Source: Chloroflexota bacterium (GTDB taxonomy: Bacteria; Chloroflexota; Dehalococcoidia; Lucifugimonadales; Lucifugimonadaceae). Taken from it: DNA of 56,161 nt. Under the pieces are notes generated by a model. It was not told where the DNA came from. It was given only the letters and a program-made list of their open reading frames with translations, and did no database searches. The DNA lies in assembly GCA_027623795.1 (NCBI GenBank), contig JAQBUX010000001.1, positions 1 through 56,161 of the forward strand, in the 5' to 3' direction. Positions 9,009-18,696 of this stretch are shown here, in pieces (the first letter of the stretch is position 1; every line of letters starts with the position of its first letter). The position numbers and the translations under genes were made by a program.

Positions 9009-10090
9009 TGCCGTTGCTTGAGGTAAACAGGGCATTCAATTCCTACGGCGCGGTACCCGTTATTAGCGACGTCACGTTGAATGCGGAGCGCGGTGAACTG
9101 GTTTGCCTGCTAGGCCCAAGCGGGTGCGGCAAGACCACGCTCCTCCGGCTCATCGCGGGTCTGGAGACGCTGGACTCAGGGACCATCTCGTTCGACGGCG
9201 CGAACTTGCACAGCGTGGCGCCTCACTCGCGAGGGTTCGGGCTCATGTTCCAGGACCTGGCCCTCTTCCCGCACATGAACGTGTATGGGAACGTCGGGTT
9301 TGGGCTAAGGATGCAGGGACTGTCGAGCGGGGCGGTTCGCAGACGAGTCGACGAAATGCTGGAGCTCGTCGATCTCGTCAACTACGGGGATCGAAAGGTC
9401 CATGAACTTTCCGGCGGGGAACGTCAACGCGTTGCTCTGGCACGGTCTCTCGCGCCGGCGCCCAAGTTACTGATGCTGGACGAGCCCCTCGCATCGCTCG
9501 ATCGGGTTCTGCGAGAGGCGCTCCAGATTCAAGTCCGTGCGATCTTGAAAGAGGTCGGCGTGACTTCGATATATGTGACTCACGACAAAGACGAAGCGTT
9601 TGCCATCGCGGACACAATCGTTTTCATGAAACGCGGATCGGTCGTGCAGGCAGGTCCGCCCGAAACGCTTTTCCGGGCTCCCGCGACTGAACTCGTGGCC
9701 CGTTCCCTGGGCATCAGGAACATCATCGCCGGGACGATCGTAGGGGCCTCCGAAGATGTCGAGATTGCGACTTCTGTCGGCACGTTGACCGTGGGCGGCC
9801 CGGCGCCTGCGGAGATGTCGGTCGGAGATGAAGTCCTCGTACTAATCGATGAGAGACAGCTTTTCGTCGAGCCAATTCACGACGACCCCTCGGCGGATGT
9901 GATCGTGTTGAACGGGGTTGTACGAGAGCGGAAATTTCGGGGTGGAGAAGCCGAAATCCACGTCACAGTTGGGAACGATGAGTTGGTGTCAATCGTCTCG
10001 TCGGCGGACCCTCGCTCGGACGTGAAAGCGGGACAAGACGTGTGCATTGTCATCCCTCCGAAGGCCATCACGCTCTTGCCGACCGCTTAA
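9008..10090 (+). CDS. ABC transporter ATP-binding protein (PotA/FbpC/ThiQ-like, with C-terminal TOBE-like extension)
   Basis: Walker A GPSGCGKTT, signature LSGGERQR, Walker B LLMLDEP. ATGA overlap with the permease stop. Confidence 0.9.
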   Translation: MPLLEVNRAFNSYGAVPVISDVTLNAERGELVCLLGPSGCGKTTLLRLIAGLETLDSGTISFDGANLHSVAPHSRGFGLMFQDLALFPHMNVYGNVGFGLRMQGLSSGAVRRRVDEMLELVDLVNYGDRKVHELSGGERQRVALARSLAPAPKLLMLDEPLASLDRVLREALQIQVRAILKEVGVTSIYVTHDKDEAFAIADTIVFMKRGSVVQAGPPETLFRAPATELVARSLGIRNIIAGTIVGASEDVEIATSVGTLTVGGPAPAEMSVGDEVLVLIDERQLFVEPIHDDPSADVIVLNGVVRERKFRGGEAEIHVTVGNDELVSIVSSADPRSDVKAGQDVCIVIPPKAITLLPTA

Positions 10091-10535
10091 GGCCCAACCG
10101 GACCGACCCAATCCCACCGTTCTTCTTCATGCGACGGCTTCCGTGATTAAGTTCCAGGGTTAAGCTCCCGGGATCGGCGGCATTCTGAAGCGCCCTCCCC
10201 GACCGGATCATCATCCTCATCACGGGGACGGGCGACCGCCGCGACCGATCGATAAGGGGGGCGGACCGCATGCACGGTTCTTGAGTGGAGTGCGGGTTCA
10301 GCGTCGCGCTGTGTCAAGAAACTCGGGCGTCCGATCGGCCTCCCGAGTTGTTCAGGTTTGCGGAGCGCCGTGGGCGTGATTAGAATCGGGGTCGCCGCGC
10401 CCACTGGCGCGCATCGACGTAGCCGCCGACCTCTAGGACGGCACGCAACGGTTTCTGAGCACGCAAAGCCGCCCCGATGGAGTATCGACATCGCCGACCC
10501 TATGCCCCCGGACACGATTGTGAGCGCTGATCTGG

Positions 10536-11468
10536 TTGGGTAGCACCCTTGAAAACGCGCACGAGGCGTTCCGGCGCACGGTGTCGGTGCCCGCGTCCCA
10601 GATCGATCTCCTCTCCGCATCGCTTCTGATCGCGGCCGGGGAGTATCCCGATATGGACCTCGTCGGCGAGCGCGGACGGGTGGTTTTGCTCGCTGAACGA
10701 GTCCGAGAGCGCCTCCCGCGACGGCACGGGCTGTATGACGCGGTACATGCTCTGAACGACGTCCTGTTCGTCGATCTCGGCCTTCGAGGCGATAGAAAAC
10801 ACTACTACGACCCGCGCAACAGTTACATCCCGGATGTGCTAGACCGCGGGTTCGGTAATCCGATAACGCTTTCCGTCCTGTACATCGAGATCGGTCGTCG
10901 CGCCGGCTACCGCTTCGACGGCGTGGGACTCCCCGGCCACTTCATAGTGCGTGCCGGTCAGGGGATTGAATCCATCTTTGTCGATCCGTTCGACGGTGGC
11001 GGATTGTTGAGCCGGCGTGAATGCATCGATGTCGTTCAGGCTGCGGTCGGCAGACCCGGTCGAAGGTCTGAGCGCATGTCGGTGGAAGAGGCCGCCCCGT
11101 TCATGCGACCGGTGGGCAAACGCCCGATGCTGCGTCGCATGCTCAACAATCTTAAGAAGATTTACCTAAATACTGAGGACTACGGTCGTGCCCTCAGAGT
11201 CGCGGAAGGCATGCGAATTGTGGAGCCGGCTTCCTGGCATAACCTCGCCGACCTCGCCCGCATCCAAACTGAACTCGGCCGGTTTAACGCTGCCGCCGAG
11301 ACTTTGTCGACCTATCTGGAGCGTGCGCCACGCGGCCACAACGTTGAATCCGCCCGCGCTGCGTTGTCGGAGCTACAGAGTCGCATAGTGACGGAGAGAG
11401 ATCCGGACGCCGGGGCGGACGCCGCAGGCGCTGGCGGTCCGATCGGAGAATCTCCGCGCAACCAGTAG
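10536..11468 (+). CDS. SirB1-like transglutaminase-fold plus TPR protein
   Basis: 310 aa. YYDPRNSYIPDVLDRGFGNPITLSVLYIEIGRRAGYRFDGVGLPGHFIVR is typical of the SirB1 N-terminal/transglutaminase-like family. The C-terminus is TPR-like. TTG start is uncertain. Confidence 0.7.
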   Translation: MGSTLENAHEAFRRTVSVPASQIDLLSASLLIAAGEYPDMDLVGERGRVVLLAERVRERLPRRHGLYDAVHALNDVLFVDLGLRGDRKHYYDPRNSYIPDVLDRGFGNPITLSVLYIEIGRRAGYRFDGVGLPGHFIVRAGQGIESIFVDPFDGGGLLSRRECIDVVQAAVGRPGRRSERMSVEEAAPFMRPVGKRPMLRRMLNNLKKIYLNTEDYGRALRVAEGMRIVEPASWHNLADLARIQTELGRFNAAAETLSTYLERAPRGHNVESARAALSELQSRIVTERDPDAGADAAGAGGPIGESPRNQ

Positions 11469-11604
11469 TAGCTTCTTCGGCTTTGGATGCCGGGGAATAG
11501 CGCAGGGACCGGATCCGGGTGAATCCGGGCACGACTGCACAGCCGTATCCACATGTGGTGGACATCACGACGGACCGGCTACAGCGCGTACTCGGACCAG
11601 GCGA

Positions 11605-12222
11605 ATGTCCCCGCGGACCAGACCGCTGCACGAGGTGGCCCGCTTGGAATATACGGAATTCACGGACGAGGCGCTGCTCGCCCATATCGTCGACGCCGAT
11701 AGGCTTGCGCTAGAGTGCCTGTACCAACGCTACAGTACGAGAGTCTTCTCACTCTCTTATCGGATGCTGTCCGACCAGGGCGCATCCGAAGAAGTAACGC
11801 AGGACGTCTTCCTGAACGTATGGCGACGCGCCGGGAGCTACAAACCCGGACGCGGCAAGTTCACGACCTGGCTTTTCGGCATCGCCCACCATCGGGCGAT
11901 CGACGAACTGCGGAAACGTACACGCGGCCGCCAGCGAAGCAACGAGAACGTCGACGATTACATAAACTTGGAGTCGCCCGAGGTTTTGCCGGCCGATGCC
12001 GCGGTCGCCAACTCCGAGTACGCGACAGTGCGGGAAGCGCTGATGCAACTTCCTGAGCCGCAACGCGCCGTCATCGAACTGTCGTATTTCGGCGGTCTCA
12101 CGCAGGCAGAGATCGCCGACAAACTCGACCAACCGTTGGGCACCGTAAAAACACGGATGCGCCTGGGACTGAAAAAATTACGCACGGCACTCACCACGAA
12201 GCTCAGGGTGCCCGAACAATGA
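11605..12222 (+). CDS. ECF-type RNA polymerase sigma-70 family factor
   Basis: 205 aa. Region 2 (VTQDVFLNVWRRAGSYKPGRGKFTTWLFGIAHHRAIDELRK) and region 4 (LSYFGGLTQAEIADKLDQPLGTVKTRMRLGL). Confidence 0.85.
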   Translation: MSPRTRPLHEVARLEYTEFTDEALLAHIVDADRLALECLYQRYSTRVFSLSYRMLSDQGASEEVTQDVFLNVWRRAGSYKPGRGKFTTWLFGIAHHRAIDELRKRTRGRQRSNENVDDYINLESPEVLPADAAVANSEYATVREALMQLPEPQRAVIELSYFGGLTQAEIADKLDQPLGTVKTRMRLGLKKLRTALTTKLRVPEQ

Positions 12223-13226
12223 ACGATCCAAGAAGTCACGAAACCATATTCTCCGATCTCCCGGGCTACGCGCTTGACGCGCTAGACGAGGACGCCCGCC
12301 GCCTGGTGGATGAGCATTTAACGGAGTGCGATGACTGCACGACCGAACTCGAAGAACTCATGGAGGGCGCCGGCAACCTGGCGTTCGCCGTGCCTCCAGT
12401 GTCGCCCCCTGAAGAACTACGGGATCGCATCAGGACCGCTATTGAGCGCGAGCCGTCTCCGATATCGGCACAGGCTCGAGCCGCTGTCACGGCCGAAGAG
12501 CTGTTTGGCAGCCCAGCGCCGGGTGATATCGGAGAAAATCCGACGCCGGTCGCCGAGTTTGCGATGGCATCGCCGGTCCACAGGCCGTGGTATGCAAGTC
12601 CACGGCTGGCCTGGACCATTTCGACGGGTATCGCAGCGGCTTTCGTCAGCGTGGTCGCGGTCGGCGCCATCATCAACGTCAGACTGAACGACCGGATCGA
12701 CGAGCTTTCCGAGCAGGTCGTCGCTCAAGAGCGCAGCGTCGCGACCGTGTCGGCGTCGGTCGGCGCGATCGAGCGGAATTCGGAAAGGTCGCTCGACGAA
12801 GTCCAGCAGGTTTCAATCCTGCAAGAGTCTGCCGATACGCTGGAGCAGCAGGTCAACGACCTTCGTTGGCTTCAGTACGTCACGTCCTCCGGCGACTGGC
12901 TCACGCCGTCCTTCTTCTCCGGCGGATTGCAGCCTCAGGCGCCGCAGGGCATGCTGATCACGCACTCATCCGGCGACCGCGCTCTCCTGATGGTGAACGG
13001 TCTGGCTCCGGCGCCCGCTGGCACCGAATACCAGGTCTGGCTCAAGTATGAGGGTCGCCAAGTGCCCGGCAGCACCTTCACCGTGGATCGCAACGGTTAC
13101 GCGGTGGTCGATCTCCACCTGATCGGTGACGCCACCGAGTACATCGGCGCATTGGTAACGGTCGAGCCGACGGGTGGCTCCGAAACCCCGTCGGACTTCG
13201 TGGTCTTGATCGGTACGAGCAAGTAA
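12219..13226 (+). CDS. Anti-sigma factor (zf-HC2 N-terminus, one TM, RskA-like extracytoplasmic domain)
   Basis: ATGA overlap with the sigma gene. HLTECDDCTTELEEL is an H-x3-C-x2-C motif. One TM segment (ISTGIAAAFVSVVAVGAII). The C-terminus EYQVWLKYEGRQVPGSTFTVD resembles the anti-sigma-K RskA domain. Confidence 0.75.
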   Translation: MNDPRSHETIFSDLPGYALDALDEDARRLVDEHLTECDDCTTELEELMEGAGNLAFAVPPVSPPEELRDRIRTAIEREPSPISAQARAAVTAEELFGSPAPGDIGENPTPVAEFAMASPVHRPWYASPRLAWTISTGIAAAFVSVVAVGAIINVRLNDRIDELSEQVVAQERSVATVSASVGAIERNSERSLDEVQQVSILQESADTLEQQVNDLRWLQYVTSSGDWLTPSFFSGGLQPQAPQGMLITHSSGDRALLMVNGLAPAPAGTEYQVWLKYEGRQVPGSTFTVDRNGYAVVDLHLIGDATEYIGALVTVEPTGGSETPSDFVVLIGTSK

Positions 13227-13337
13227 TCTCGGGCGGTCCTGACCAGGTCAACACCGTTCCCGGGCATCACTCGGATGTTTCACGCGTCCTGTGATTGGTC
13301 GTCGATAACTGACGAACCCATGATCGGAGCGCGACGT

Positions 13338-14477
13338 TCACTCCACGTGCCGAATCGTGCGGACGACCGCGAGCATCGTCTCCTGCCGATCAAAGGTCAG
13401 TCCCTCGACCCATATGCCGAGTCCACGATCCTCACGGTTTGAATTCGGCAACCTTTTGTCTTCGGCTCCCGGTATCACCGGAAAGAATGCGCCGGTCCAG
13501 CCACGTGCGACGGGCACGCCCGGCGACGGCCGATGGAACATCGTCATCACGCCGTTGATCTCTTCCTCCCAGAACAGGTGGTCGTCGTATGTCTCAGGCT
13601 TTGTCGCGACATCATATGGCACGATGCCGGAGGTCCCCAGGTTCCCGACCTCAAAGGCCACGTTGAAGCCCGGCGCGTTGAAATCGCCATGCAATGCGTC
13701 GGTTCCGCCTCGTCCAATTAACGCCCAATCCGGCGGTGTCATGACGGTGAAAACCGGGCCGCGAGCCCCCGGGGGCTCGATGATCTGTGTAATCCAGTCC
13801 ATTCCCGGCGTTACCGCGATCGAACTCGGAGGTTTTGCCGGCAGGACCGCCCATCGAACGGACCGCAGGATCTCGGTGGCTGCGTCGTCGTTCTTAACCT
13901 GGTGACCCAATGCCCGGAAGACGAGCCCGACCCCGGCGGCGCCGGCCGGCGCGTCCGGGATGGTCTCAAAGTAGGCGCTGAATATTCCTGCATAACGCGC
14001 CTCCAGATCCGGCGCAGGTCTGGAAAAGCGGACGGCCACACCCGCGATCACCTCTTCAGAAACGACGGACGCCTCAATGGGCAAGTAGAAGCCTGCCTTG
14101 ACGGCGTCCGTTGCGGAAGGATGCGGAGGCAAGGATTCGAGGAGTTCGGCTGAGTCGAAGCTATCGCCGAACAGGGAGTAGTAAATCTGCTGATTGTCCG
14201 GACCGCCGATAAAGCCGGTGACGATGTCCCCGCCGCCGCGCAGATCGTTCCAGTTCTCGGCGATCCGCCATCCAGACGGGAGGACGATGCTGAAATTGGC
14301 ATCGGAAAATTGATGGCTGCGGTTGAGAGCGCCGTCTCGCCCAAGACCGATATCGTCTCCGCTCGAACATGCGGCGACTATCGTCCAGGAGAGGACGATA
14401 AAGAGGGACGCGAAGGATCGGGCAGGCCGCAAATTTACGAACCTTCTGAGACCCTCACTCTGAATCAAGAAGGACAT
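13338..14477 (-). CDS. Hypothetical lipoprotein with an internal domain duplication
   Basis: 379 aa. Signal plus lipobox ...IVLSWTIVAAC-SSG. Two similar halves (FSIVLPSGWRIAENW... and FTVMTPPDWALIGRG...). No family recognised. Confidence 0.5.
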   Translation of the reverse strand: MSFLIQSEGLRRFVNLRPARSFASLFIVLSWTIVAACSSGDDIGLGRDGALNRSHQFSDANFSIVLPSGWRIAENWNDLRGGGDIVTGFIGGPDNQQIYYSLFGDSFDSAELLESLPPHPSATDAVKAGFYLPIEASVVSEEVIAGVAVRFSRPAPDLEARYAGIFSAYFETIPDAPAGAAGVGLVFRALGHQVKNDDAATEILRSVRWAVLPAKPPSSIAVTPGMDWITQIIEPPGARGPVFTVMTPPDWALIGRGGTDALHGDFNAPGFNVAFEVGNLGTSGIVPYDVATKPETYDDHLFWEEEINGVMTMFHRPSPGVPVARGWTGAFFPVIPGAEDKRLPNSNREDRGLGIWVEGLTFDRQETMLAVVRTIRHVE

Positions 14478-15144
14478 CGAAATCGAAACCGCCAGAAGCC
14501 ATGCTCCAGAAAGACGTATCCATCGGCGCCTCGCGAACTACACATCCAGTGATCGTCGGATTCCAGGGCTCAAGCACAAACAAGAACGCACGAGTGCCGG
14601 ACCGCTCGCCTGGAGCGTCGTCGGTGGCCGCAGGGGTGCCGATGCGTGTTGTGCTGCGCCCCTCGATTGCCACGACCCACACCGACACCTGACCGCCTCC
14701 ACCACCGCCCGGACCCACCTGTGGAAAGTCATCAAAACTGGCGCCGGGATGAATGAACGGCCCGGCCATCGCGAGCGTTGTCACGGCCATCAGAATCCGG
14801 GTCGGGGGACCGGACATGGAACCCGACGACCCGGGGCATCCAACGGTCGCAACGCGGATCGCGTCATTGATAGCGTCGTTTCTAGCCTCGTCGGCATCCA
14901 GATCGACGGGTGTAATCGAAACCGAAGTTCCGACCAGGCCAGCAAGAAAATCCGGGCCAGAAGTAGCTTCGTCGGCCGACCTCACGCAGGAGATGCCGAC
15001 AACGGCGAAAATCGCCAACCCAACGAAAAGAAATAGACCGGGATGGTTTTGACCAGTTACGTCTGTCACACGCCCCCGCCTATGGTTGGATCGAATACGA
15101 CCATCCTGGCGACCGCGGTTCCGTCGCCTGAGTGTTCGCATCAT
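14455..15144 (-). CDS. Hypothetical signal-anchored/secreted protein (start uncertain)
   Basis: Arg-rich N-terminus followed by the hydrophobic segment GLFLFVGLAIFAVVGISC. Overlaps the downstream lipoprotein gene by 23 nt. Alternative starts are at 15276 and 15069 (GTG). Confidence 0.35.
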   Translation of the reverse strand: MMRTLRRRNRGRQDGRIRSNHRRGRVTDVTGQNHPGLFLFVGLAIFAVVGISCVRSADEATSGPDFLAGLVGTSVSITPVDLDADEARNDAINDAIRVATVGCPGSSGSMSGPPTRILMAVTTLAMAGPFIHPGASFDDFPQVGPGGGGGGQVSVWVVAIEGRSTTRIGTPAATDDAPGERSGTRAFLFVLEPWNPTITGCVVREAPMDTSFWSMASGGFDFDVLLDSE

Positions 15145-15358
15145 CTTCCACTTCGATCTGTGCGCGCCAAGTAACGCGGTCGAAATGGCGGGCACGCCGA
15201 GTGCGAGAAGGACTGAATCCAGCCGAAACAGCCAGTCAGATTCGTGCGAAAACACCGGACGCGCCGATCGATCCACCCGCAGTTCCCTGCATCCAAAAAT
15301 ACGATCTACGCGTAAGTCTGGTTTTGGGCCGGCACGACTATTTCCCCGTCGCGTTAAC

Positions 15359-15559
15359 GTGCGGGGCTATACTCCGAACACTGTTGGAACCCACTCTGAA
15401 GACTCCGAAATCACTTCGATCAAGACCAGCAACCCTGCCCCACCGACCGCCTCTTCACCGGTCTACACTTGTGATCGATGCGGCGCCACGATGCTGGACC
15501 TGCACTGCAAGCTGCGATGCCCCACCTGCGGCTTCATGCGTGATTGTTCAGACCCGTAA
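15359..15559 (+). CDS. Possible small zinc-ribbon protein
   Basis: The C-terminal YTCDRCGATMLDLHCKLRCPTCGFMRDC carries two CxxC pairs. GTG start inferred. Ends 22 nt before the lipoprotein gene. Weak evidence. Confidence 0.3.
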   Translation: MRGYTPNTVGTHSEDSEITSIKTSNPAPPTASSPVYTCDRCGATMLDLHCKLRCPTCGFMRDCSDP

Positions 15560-15581
15560 ACGAGCCGTTCCGAGCCGAGGA

Positions 15582-16301
15582 GTGCGCGCAGTCTTGTTAC
15601 GGTCGTTTGGCGTCGGGGCGATGCTGCTCATCGGATTGACCGTCGGATGCTCGTCGAGCGATCCGGCGGAACCGGCTCCAATACTGACGCCACTGTCGTC
15701 GCTCGAGGTCGTTTCCCGGTCGTCTGAGGCTCTGGCAAACGTTACCTCGTTCCGTTTCGCCCTCTCCCACGACGGGGGCAATACGATCCTCACGAACGGG
15801 ATCCAGGTCCAGCAGGCGTCTGGCACGGCGCTGGCCCCGGACAGCTACACATTGGCCGCCGACACGCTTGTGGCGGGGTTCTTCGTGAACACCGAGGTCG
15901 TCGTGATCGATCAGGATGCCTACATGACGCACCCGATCACCCGCCAGTGGCAGTTGCTCGGACCGGACGCGAGCCCGTTCGGGAACTTCAACCCCGCCCT
16001 GCTCGTGTCCAGCATCCTCGAACAGGTGAGCGACCCGGTGATGGGGTTCGGATATACCACTCAGCCGGTTGGTTACCTTATCGACGGCAATCTGCCGGCC
16101 GCCGCCCTCAGTTCGCTTACCGGAGGCGTCGACGAAGCCGCGCCAGCGCTCAAAGTACGCGTGAGTGTGGACGCGACGACTTTTCTGCCGGTCGAGGCGC
16201 GAGTCACGGGTCGGGCGACCGTAAACGAATCCAGCGATCTGATACGTACGGTCCGGTTGTTCGAGTTCGATTCAGACATCGCCATCGAACCGCCGATTTA
16301 G
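15582..16301 (+). CDS. LppX/LprAFG (LprG-like) family lipoprotein
   Basis: Signal plus lipobox MLLIGLTVGC-SSS. About 215 mature residues with the family-like pattern (ALANVTSFRFALSHDGG..., ...VRVSVDATTFLPVEARV). Sits immediately upstream of an MFS gene, as in mycobacterial lprG-p55. Start is 15582 (GTG) or 15621 (ATG). Confidence 0.55.
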   Translation: MRAVLLRSFGVGAMLLIGLTVGCSSSDPAEPAPILTPLSSLEVVSRSSEALANVTSFRFALSHDGGNTILTNGIQVQQASGTALAPDSYTLAADTLVAGFFVNTEVVVIDQDAYMTHPITRQWQLLGPDASPFGNFNPALLVSSILEQVSDPVMGFGYTTQPVGYLIDGNLPAAALSSLTGGVDEAAPALKVRVSVDATTFLPVEARVTGRATVNESSDLIRTVRLFEFDSDIAIEPPI

Positions 16302-16316
16302 GTCGGACCAGATCGA

Positions 16317-17783
16317 TTGATCAACTGGTTAAAAGACCTCCGCGTTTACGCCGTTATCCTCCCCGTGTGCGCGGGGGTGTTCATCGCCGCAGACGACCAG
16401 ACCTCGATCGTCGTCGTCCTGCCCGAGCTGTTGCCGGATTTCCGGATCGGCCCGGGTGAGCTGAACCGCGCCTCATGGACCGTCACCGGGTACCTGATCG
16501 GCTACACGGCGGCGATGCCGATCATGGGCCGCGTGTCGGACAGGTTCGGCCACCGGGCCGTGTTCGTCGGAGCGCTTCTCATATTCATGCTTGGCTCGGC
16601 GCTCGTCGCCGTAAGCCCGGACCTGCCCAGGCTCGTCGGCAGGGACCAACCCGACCTGAACTGGATGATTGGGGCACGTGTATTCCAGGCCGTCGGTGGG
16701 GGCGCAATGATCCCGGTGGCCATCGCTTCCGTCGGAGATGTGTTGCCCAGAGCGAGGCACGCCATCGCGTTCGCCTTGATAGGGGCCAGCGCTGAGGCCG
16801 GGGGCGTGATTGGTCCGCTGTGGGCCGGTTTGATTACGAACGTGAGCTCATGGGAGTGGCTGTTCTGGATCAACATCCCGCTCGGCCTCGCCGTGATCGC
16901 GGGGCTGGCGTTTTCTCCCGCCGGCGTCAGGAACCCGGTCAGGATCGATTACCTCGGCGGAGCGCTATTTATCGCGGCCCTGGCGCTGCTCACCGCCGCC
17001 CTCTCACGTACGGCGGACCTTGACCTGGTATTCACGATCCTGGTCATCGGCGCGATCGCCGCTCTTCTCGCAACGATATGGTGGCATCGCAGGGCGAGCG
17101 ATCCTCTGCTCCCGGTTCGGCTGCTCAAAACGTTGAAGTTCACGGCGTCAAACCTGACCCACCTTTCGGTCGGGGCTTCGCTTATCACAGCGATGGTGAC
17201 CGTTCCGTTGATGGCCAACACCGCCCTCGGTTTGTCGCCTCTCGACGGCGGTTTGATGTTGCTAAGGATGACCGTGGCGATCCCGTTCGGAGCGATCGCG
17301 GGTGGGTACTGGGTTCAGAAACAGGGCGCCCGGTGGCCGTCCCTGGCCGGCCTCGCGCTGGCGGCCGTCGGCCTGGCCGCAATGTCTCGCTGGAACCTGG
17401 ACATCTCCGATCCGGCTATGACGACACATCTGGCGGTGGCGGGCTTCGGTTTCGGCCTTTTGATCGCGCCGATCCATGCGTCCGGGATGCTGAATGCGCA
17501 GGCGGGGGAGCGGGGAACCGCATCCGCCCTGATCACCGTATCCCGGATGGTTGGCATGACGGTCGGGTTGGCTGCGATGACGGCCTGGGGCGCCGCCAGA
17601 TTTGAGAGCCTCGCGGGGGACGCGCCCATCTCAGTGGCTGGCGCGGAAGAGATCGTGCTGGACGGACTGACAGTGTTCCGCGGCTTCTTCTTCGTGGCGG
17701 CGATCGTGGCGATCGCGGGGATGGTCCCGGCCTGGTTGATGAGCCGGGATAGCACCGATTCCGTCATATCGGCATCTGACTGA
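16317..17783 (+). CDS. MFS transporter, 14-TM drug:H+ antiporter (DHA2-like)
   Basis: 488 aa, about 14 hydrophobic segments. MFS motif A-like GRVSDRFGHR. 15 nt downstream of the LprG-like gene. Confidence 0.85.
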   Translation: MINWLKDLRVYAVILPVCAGVFIAADDQTSIVVVLPELLPDFRIGPGELNRASWTVTGYLIGYTAAMPIMGRVSDRFGHRAVFVGALLIFMLGSALVAVSPDLPRLVGRDQPDLNWMIGARVFQAVGGGAMIPVAIASVGDVLPRARHAIAFALIGASAEAGGVIGPLWAGLITNVSSWEWLFWINIPLGLAVIAGLAFSPAGVRNPVRIDYLGGALFIAALALLTAALSRTADLDLVFTILVIGAIAALLATIWWHRRASDPLLPVRLLKTLKFTASNLTHLSVGASLITAMVTVPLMANTALGLSPLDGGLMLLRMTVAIPFGAIAGGYWVQKQGARWPSLAGLALAAVGLAAMSRWNLDISDPAMTTHLAVAGFGFGLLIAPIHASGMLNAQAGERGTASALITVSRMVGMTVGLAAMTAWGAARFESLAGDAPISVAGAEEIVLDGLTVFRGFFFVAAIVAIAGMVPAWLMSRDSTDSVISASD

Positions 17784-17844
17784 CCGTGACATAAAGGCAC
17801 GGTCAGTCAGATCCGGATTTGCCCACCAGTATGCGGAGACGATA

Positions 17845-18480
17845 TTGCCCAGACGAGAACAACGACAGCGCCGCCGCGACCGGCGACAGGACGCTCAGTC
17901 AGCGGCGACACCAAACATCATCCAGAAGTACCGCGGCTGGGTCATCGGAGGCGGCGTTGGATCGGTAATCGCCGCCCTGGTCATTTTCGGACTCGTCCAG
18001 TCAGTCGCCACCGAGGAGGACTTCGGGTTTACGGCATATGGGCCGACCGACACACTCGGGATCTCCGAACGCAGCGGGGAATTTGCCGCCGACATCCTGG
18101 CCCAGGGGAAACCGGTGGTTCTCAACTTCTGGGGCGGGACCTGCCCCCCATGCCGGGCCGAGATGCCCGATTTCCAGGCCGCGTTTAACGATTTCGGCGA
18201 TCAGGCGATATTCCTCGGTCTGGACGTTGGGCCTTTTACGGGGTTAGGGACGAGATCTGACGCCGAGTCGCTTCTTCAGGAGCTTGGCATCAGCTACCCG
18301 ACGGCTTACCCGGACGGCGATCCGACGCGCGATTTCAGCATCGTCGGGCTTCCGCAAACGATCTTTTACGACGCCGCGGGCAACAGGGTGGCGCGTGAAG
18401 GCTTCCTCAGCGGCACCCGCATGAACCGGATCATGACCTCAACCCTTGGGCTGACGCCGACCGACGAGATCGGATCTTAA
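17845..18480 (+). CDS. Membrane-anchored TlpA/ResA-like thiol:disulfide oxidoreductase (thioredoxin fold)
   Basis: N-terminal TM anchor. Active site WGGTCPPCRAEMP (CxxC). Confidence 0.8.
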   Translation: MPRREQRQRRRDRRQDAQSAATPNIIQKYRGWVIGGGVGSVIAALVIFGLVQSVATEEDFGFTAYGPTDTLGISERSGEFAADILAQGKPVVLNFWGGTCPPCRAEMPDFQAAFNDFGDQAIFLGLDVGPFTGLGTRSDAESLLQELGISYPTAYPDGDPTRDFSIVGLPQTIFYDAAGNRVAREGFLSGTRMNRIMTSTLGLTPTDEIGS

Positions 18481-18696
18481 GCGGGCGGTCGCTGCGCCGT
18501 TCGGCGGTCGGACGACTGTGCCTGGCGACAGCGATGAACTTCCCGTGTCGTCCTGCAGCTGTGGCAATGTTTGCAAACCGCCCAGTTCGCCGCGGTTCAC
18601 CCCACATCCTGACGTTGGAGGGGGTGCCGGGGGTGGTTACAGGTGGCGCTCTAATTTATACCAACCACCTTCCAGCCTTATTTCGACCCCTGAGGG

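Noticed and set aside
11490-11560. A possible ECF-type autoregulated promoter (GAATCC-N17-CGTATC) upstream of the sigma factor gene.
   Set aside because: The match to GGAAC/CGT-type ECF promoters is weak, and several alternative alignments are possible. This is not supportable without a 5'-end map.
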